The translations under genes were made by a program, and so were the position numbers. A stretch of DNA of 59,149 bases from Nemertoderma westbladi (Eukaryota > Animalia > Xenacoelomorpha), in the NCBI GenBank assembly GCA_032718475.1, contig JAUCBJ010003416.1:1-59149 (forward strand). The letters are read 5' to 3'. Of this stretch, positions 52,601 to 59,149 are shown piece after piece (position 1 is the first letter of the stretch; every line of letters begins with the position of its first letter). Below the pieces are notes generated by a model, which was not told the origin of the DNA, made no database searches, and was given only the letters and a program-made list of their open reading frames with translations.

Positions 52601-55600
52601 TGCTATATAGGGTCACAACAAAACAATACAGTTCCATAGTGCTATATAGGGTCACAACAAAACAATACATTTCCATAGTGCTATATAGGGTCACAACAAA
52701 ACAATACAGTTCCATAGTGCTATATAGGGTCACAACAAAACAATACATTTCCATAGTGCTATATAGGGTCACAACAAAACAATACAGTTCCATAGTGCTA
52801 TATAGGGTCACAACAAAACAATACATTTCCATAGTGCTATATAGGGTCACAACAAAACAATACAGTTCCATAGTGCTATATAATGTCACAACAAAACAAT
52901 ACAGTTCCATAGTGCTATATAATGTCACAACAAAACAATACATTTCCATAGTGCTATATAGTGTCACAACAAAACAATACAGTTCCATAGTGCTATATAA
53001 TGTCACAACAAAACAATACAGTTCCATAGTGCTATATAGTGTCACAACAAAACAATACAGTTCCATAGTGCTATATAATGTCACAACAAAACAATACATT
53101 TCCATAGTGCTATATAGTGTCACAACAAAACAATACAGTTCCATAGTGCTATATAATGTCACAACAAAACAATACAGTTCCATAGTGCTATATAGTGTCA
53201 CAACAAAACAATACAGTTCCATAGTGCTATATAGGGTCACAACAAAACAATACATTTCCATAGTGCTATATAGGGTCACAACAAAACAATACAGTTCCAT
53301 AGTGCTATATAGGGTCACAACAAAACAATACAGTCCCATAGTGCTATATAGGGTCACAACAAAACAATACAGTTCCATAGTGCTATATAATGTCACAACA
53401 AAACAATACAGTTCCATAGTGCTATATAGGGTCACAACAAAACAATACATTTCCATAGTGCTATATAGGGTCACAACAAAACAATACATTTCCATAGTGC
53501 TATATAATGTCACAACAAAACAATACAGTTCCATAGTGCTATATAGGGTCACAACAAAACAATACATTTCCATAGTGCTATATAGTGTCACAACAAAACA
53601 ATACAGTTCCATAGTGCTATATAGGGTCACAACAAAACAATACAGTTCCATAGTGCTATATAGGGTCACAACAAAACAATACATTTCCATAGTGCTATAT
53701 AGGGTCACAACAAAACAATACAGTTCCATAGTGCTATATAGGGTCACAACAAAACAATACATTTCCATAGTGCTATATAATGTCACAACAAAACAATACA
53801 GTTCCATAGTGCTATATAGGGTCACAACAAAACAATACATTTCCATAGTGCTATATAGGGTCACAACAAAACAATACATTTCCATAGTGCTATATAATGT
53901 CACAACAAAACAATACATTTCCATAGTGCTATATAGTGTCACAACAAAACAATACAGTTCCATAGTGCTATATAATGTCACAACAAAACAATACAGTTCC
54001 ATAGTGCTATATAGGGTCACAACAAAACAATACAGTTCCATAGTGCTATATAGGGTCACAACAAAACAATACATTTCCATAGTGCTATATAGGGTCACAA
54101 CAAAACAATACAGTTCCATAGTGCTATATAGGGTCACAACAAAACAATACATTTCCATAGTGCTATATAGGGTCACAACAAAACAATACAGTCCCATAGT
54201 GCTATATAGGGTCACAACAAAACAATACAGTTCCATAGTGCTATATAGGGTCACAACAAAACAATACAGTCCCATAGTGCTATATAGTGTCACAACAAAA
54301 CAATACAGTTCCATAGTGCTATATAGGGTCACAACAAAACAATACAGTCCCATAGTGCTATATAGGGTCACAACAAAACAATACAGTTCCATAGTGCTAT
54401 ATAGGGTCACAACAAAACAATACATTTCCATAGTGCTATATAGGGTCACAACAAAACAATACAGTTCCATAGTGCTATATAGGGTCACAACAAAACAATA
54501 CATTTCCATAGTGCTATATAATGTCACAACAAAACAATACAGTTCCATAGTGCTATATAGGGTCACAACAAAACAATACATTTCCATAGTGCTATATAGG
54601 GTCACAACAAAACAATACATTTCCATAGTGCTATATAATGTCACAACAAAACAATACATTTCCATAGTGCTATATAGTGTCACAACAAAACAATACAGTT
54701 CCATAGTGCTATATAATGTCACAACAAAACAATACAGTTCCATAGTGCTATATAGGGTCACAACAAAACAATACATTTCCATAGTGCTATATAATGTCAC
54801 AACAAAACAATACAGTTCCATAGTGCTATATAGGGTCACAACAAAACAATACAGTTCCATAGTGCTATATAGGGTCACAACAAAACAATACATTTCCATA
54901 GTGCTATAGGGTCACAACAAAACAATACAGTTCCATAGTGCTATATAGGGTCACAACAAAACAATACATTTCCATAGTGCTATATAATGTCACAACAAAA
55001 CAATACAGTTCCATAGTGCTATATAATGTCACAACAAAACAATACAGTTCCATAGTGCTATATAGGGTCACAACAAAACAATACATTTCCATAGTGCTAT
55101 TGCTATATAATGTCACAACAAAACAATACAGTTCCATAGTGCTATATAGGGTCACAACAAAACAATACATTTCCATAGTGCTATATAATGTCACAACAAA
55201 ACAATACAGTTCCATAGTGCTATATAGGGTCACAACAAAACAATACAGTTCCATAGTGCTATATAGGGTCACAACAAAACAATACATTTCCATAGTGCTA
55301 TATAATGTCACAACAAAACAAGACAGTTCCATAGTGCTATATAATGTCACAACAAAACAATACAGTTCCATAGTGCTATATAATGTCACAACAAAACAAT
55401 ACAGTTCCATAGTGCTATATAGGGTCACAACAAAACAATACATTTCCATAGTGCTATATAATGTCACAACAAAACAATACAGTTCCATAGTGCTATATAA
55501 TGTCACAACAAAACAATACAGTTCCATAGTGCTATATAATGTCACAACAAAACAAGACAGTTCCATAGTGCTATATAATGTCACAACAAAACAATACAGT

Positions 55601-56594
55601 TCCATAGTGCTATATAATGTCACAACAAAACAATACAGTTCCATAGTGCTATATAGGGTCACAACAAAACAATACATTTCCATAGTGCTATATAATGTCA
55701 CAACAAAACAATACAGTTCCATAGTGCTATATAATGTCACAACAAAACAATACAGTTCCATAGTGCTATATAATGTCACAACAAAACAATACAGTTCCAT
55801 AGTGCTATATAATGTCACAACAAAACAATACAGTTCCATAGTGCTATATAGGGTCACAACAAAACAAGACAGTTCCATAGTGCTATATAATGTCACAACA
55901 AAACAATACAGTTCCATAGTGCTATATAGGGTCACAACAAAACAATACAGTTCCATAGTGCTATATAATGTCACAACAAAACAATACAGTTCCATAGTGC
56001 TATATAATGTCACAACAAAACAATACAGTCCCATAGTGCTATATAATGTCACAACAAAACAATACAGTTCCATAGTGCTATATAATGTCACAACAAAACA
56101 ATACAGTTCCATAGTGCTATATAATGTCACAACAAAACAATACAGTTCCATAGTGCTATATAATGTCACAACAAAACAATACAGTTCCATAGTGCTATAT
56201 AATGTCACAACAAAACAAGACAGTTCCATAGTACTATATAATGTCACAACAAAACAATACAGTTCCATAGTGCTATATAGGGTCACAACAAAACAATACA
56301 GTTCCATAGTGCTATATAATGTCACAACAAAACAATACAGTTCCATAGTGCTATATAATGTCACAACAAAACAATACAGTTCCATAGTGCTATATAGGGT
56401 CACAACAAAACAATACAGTTCCATAGTGCTATATAATGTCACAACAAAACAATACAGTTCCATAGTGCTATATAATGTCACAACAAAACAATACAGTTCC
56501 ATAGTGCTATATAGGGTCACAACAAAACAATACAGTTCCATAGTGCTATATAATGTCACAACAAAACAATACAGTTCCATAGTGCTATATAATG
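43672..56594. repeat. 39-bp satellite, right block (~331 units)
   Basis: Same monomer, resuming in register after the TSD. Length changes seen: a 2-bp deletion at ~54905 and a 6-bp duplication at 55095-55106. Confidence 0.99.
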
Positions 56595-56606
56595 ATATAG
56601 TGCTAT

Positions 56607-59149
56607 CAGCATGCATTCTTAACATTCCTGGGAGACTTTAATGCAAGTCTGCATCAATCACCTACATCGCCCTGGGTCTATAGCAATAGTGTTAACCGAA
56701 ATTCTGTCCATCTTCAGGATTTTATCTCTGGAAATGGATTGTTTTCGGCTGGAACCCAGTTCAAGAAGCGAACTGGAAAGCTATGGACTCATAGTGGACC
56801 CAGTGGTCACAAGTCCCAGATAGACCATATTCTGTTTCGTAGGAAATACAGGAGCTCTATACAAGACTGTAATGCATTTACACTTCGACCCTTCTCCAGT
56901 GATCACCGCCTTATTGTGGCCAAGGTAAGACTTAGTCTGCGTGCTAGCAGAACAACGAAATCTGCCTTGCCACGGCATGACTGGTCCTCTCTGTTGCAAC
57001 AGCCAAGTGTGAGATCCAGCTTCACACTACAGCTGAGCAACAGGTATGAGGCTCTTGCCTCAGAGGCGGCAGATCACTGTGAGGGCTATACTGCCTTTAC
57101 AGAAGCAGTTATGTTAGCAGCTGCAGAAACAGTTCCTGTATACCCTCGAAACAGGAAAAGGGCCCCCTGGACTGACAACAAAATTCAGAAGTGCCGAAAT
57201 GACCTTCATAAGGCGCAGAAAGAGTCCCGACTCAAACAGACTACAGCGGCCAAGAATGCAGTTAAAGCTGCATCTAGGTCCCTGAACAGGCAGTACTCTG
57301 CTAATCTACAGGAGCTAATAAACCAACAGGTTGATGCCATCAATGATGCTGACGACAGCAGGCAATCATCCCAGGCATGGAAATCGATCAATCTGCTTAC
57401 TGGGCGGAAAAGCCAACCAACCACCAAGGTTAAGGCTGAATCACCAGCCGATCGCCTCAATGGTTGGAAAGCCCACTTTGAAAAGCTCCTCAATAATGAC
57501 AGGGTATTGCCTGATAACTTTATAGAAGTAAAAGTGTCTGAGTCTGTACTCCCAGATATTCCCATTGGCGATATCTCCTTTGCAGAAGTGAAGGCTGCTG
57601 CAAAGAGCATTAAGACCAATCGTGCCAGTGGAGTAGATGGTGTTCCCCCTGAGGTCTTTAAAATACCTGAGTGTTTAAAGCTCATCTATCCCATCATAGT
57701 AGACATGTACCGTACAACAAGAGTCCCACAAGAAATGAAAACAAATAAGTTGGTGCCAGTTCCCAAGAAGGGCAACCTAACACTCTATGGTTCTTTTCGG
57801 GGAATCTCATTGATCTCGATTGCTGCAAAACTATACAATAGAATTCTATTAAATCGCATCAGGGATCCCATTGAGAGACTGCTACGTGGAAATCAGAATG
57901 GGTTCCGTAAAGGTCGTGGGACCATGGAGCCCATTTTGGCACTTAGAAGGATAATTGAAGAGTTATCAAAAAAGAAAGACAGGCATCTGGCTGTTATCTT
58001 TGTTGACTTCTTCAAGGCCTTTGATTCAGTCTCTCGCTCACGTATGTTCAGCATACTTTCATTATATGGGATTCCTGATGAAATTATTGCAGCAATCAGA
58101 TCAGTATACGATGGTTCGACAACATTTGTGTCTACTGTTGACGGTGACACAGAACCATTTGAAGTGTTATGGGGCGTCCTCCAAGGAGACACACTTGCAC
58201 CATTCTTGTTCATTATTGTGGTTGACTATGTTCTACGCATGTCCTTAGATCATCATAATGATGATGGGGTGATGATAACTCCACCTACTGGCTCCAGAAG
58301 TCGAGGAAATCCTGCCAAGTACCTAACTGATCTAGACTTTGCTGATGACTTAGGAGTACTCTCAGAATCATTAGAGGGAGCCCAGCGGCTCCTCAGCTCA
58401 TTAGAACATGCTGCTTCTAGTGTTGGTCTTTTTATTAACTCCAGAAAGACCAAAATTCTGACAGTTAACTTTGAAAGTCCTCAGCAAGTCTCTGATCGGA
58501 TGAGCATAAGCTCAAAGGATGGTATGCTTGAGCATGTGGACGACTTCTGTTACCTGGGATCATGGATCCGGAAGTCAGGTGAGGACCTTCGAATACGTAA
58601 GGGAAAGGCATGGGCAGCCTTGAATAGGCTTTCCAGGATTTGGAAGTCACCTAGAATTAATCGGAAACTTAAGGTCCGATTATTTAGAGCAGCAGTAGTT
58701 CCAGTACTCCTCTACGGGAGTCCATGCTGGGCTCTAACTGCTGAGGACACCAAATCTCTGGATGGCACATTCACAAGAATGCTACGCCGGGTACATTGTG
58801 TCAAGTACAATGCACACATCTCCAACCAGACACTATATAACATTGGAGGTGTCTCATTGGTTCCCCCAAGCTTGACACTAGAACAAAATCGCCTCCGCTT
58901 TGCAGGACATTGCTTTCGCCGTGAGGACCAGCCAGTGCATAATCTTGTACTTTGGCAGCCTCATGGAGTGAATAAGCATGGTGGACAGCCCATGACTTTC
59001 TTGAGACGCATCTTAAAGGACACTGGCCTTAAAGATGCGGATGATCTAGCAAATGTCATGGGTGATAGGGAGTTGTGGCGGTGCAATTTTGTTGACAAGC
59101 CGGCACAGCATTCTTAAAAATGCAGCTGCAATGCAGCATGCCGATCCTA
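56607..59149 (+). mobile_element. RTE-clade LINE, 5'-truncated within the endonuclease, ORF otherwise uninterrupted to 59117
   Basis: The frame is open from 56601: FLGDFNA, QIDHIL, SDHRL, ASGVDGVPPE, FRGISL, QNGFRKGR, FVDFFKAFDSV, GVLQGDTLAPFLF, DFADD, FCYLGS, VLLYGS..W and RLRFAGH..R. The 3' end may extend past the window. Confidence 0.93.

Noticed and set aside
32413-56641. Giant ORFs (up to 3759 aa) on both strands, of VTTKQYSSIVLYN and MELYCFVVTLYST repeats
   Set aside because: A 39-bp unit lacking a stop in one frame per strand produces these automatically. The variants are mostly non-synonymous, there is no unique domain, the array lies in an intron, and it is broken by a frameshift and a TE.

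Overview
AT-rich animal (probably invertebrate) nuclear DNA that is mostly transposons and tandem repeats. There are two host genes, arranged head-to-head: an intronless GPATCH11 homologue (9234-9989, -) and the first three coding exons of a CaMKII gene (+; 29429-29496, 30565-30659, 32122-32181), which the ORF track misses. Left of GPATCH11 is a frameshifted BEL/Pao LTR retrotransposon. The intergenic region holds 12-, ~30-, ~20- and 77-bp tandem arrays, two decayed CR1/L2-group LINEs with candidate TSDs, and an internally deleted TIR transposon, probably Academ. CaMKII intron 2 carries a Harbinger-type MITE. Intron 3 is at least 27 kb long and contains ~500 copies of a 39-bp satellite, an intact GC-rich CsRn1-type Gypsy element with identical LTRs, and a 5'-truncated RTE LINE. 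The multi-thousand-residue ORFs are translations of the satellite, not genes. I cannot demonstrate a new biological system. The best leads are repeated breakage at one site of the 39-bp monomer, strongly over-represented TAGGCCTA/TACCGGTA palindromes, the young GC-discordant Gypsy element, and a GATCTAAGTTC motif field split by nested insertions.
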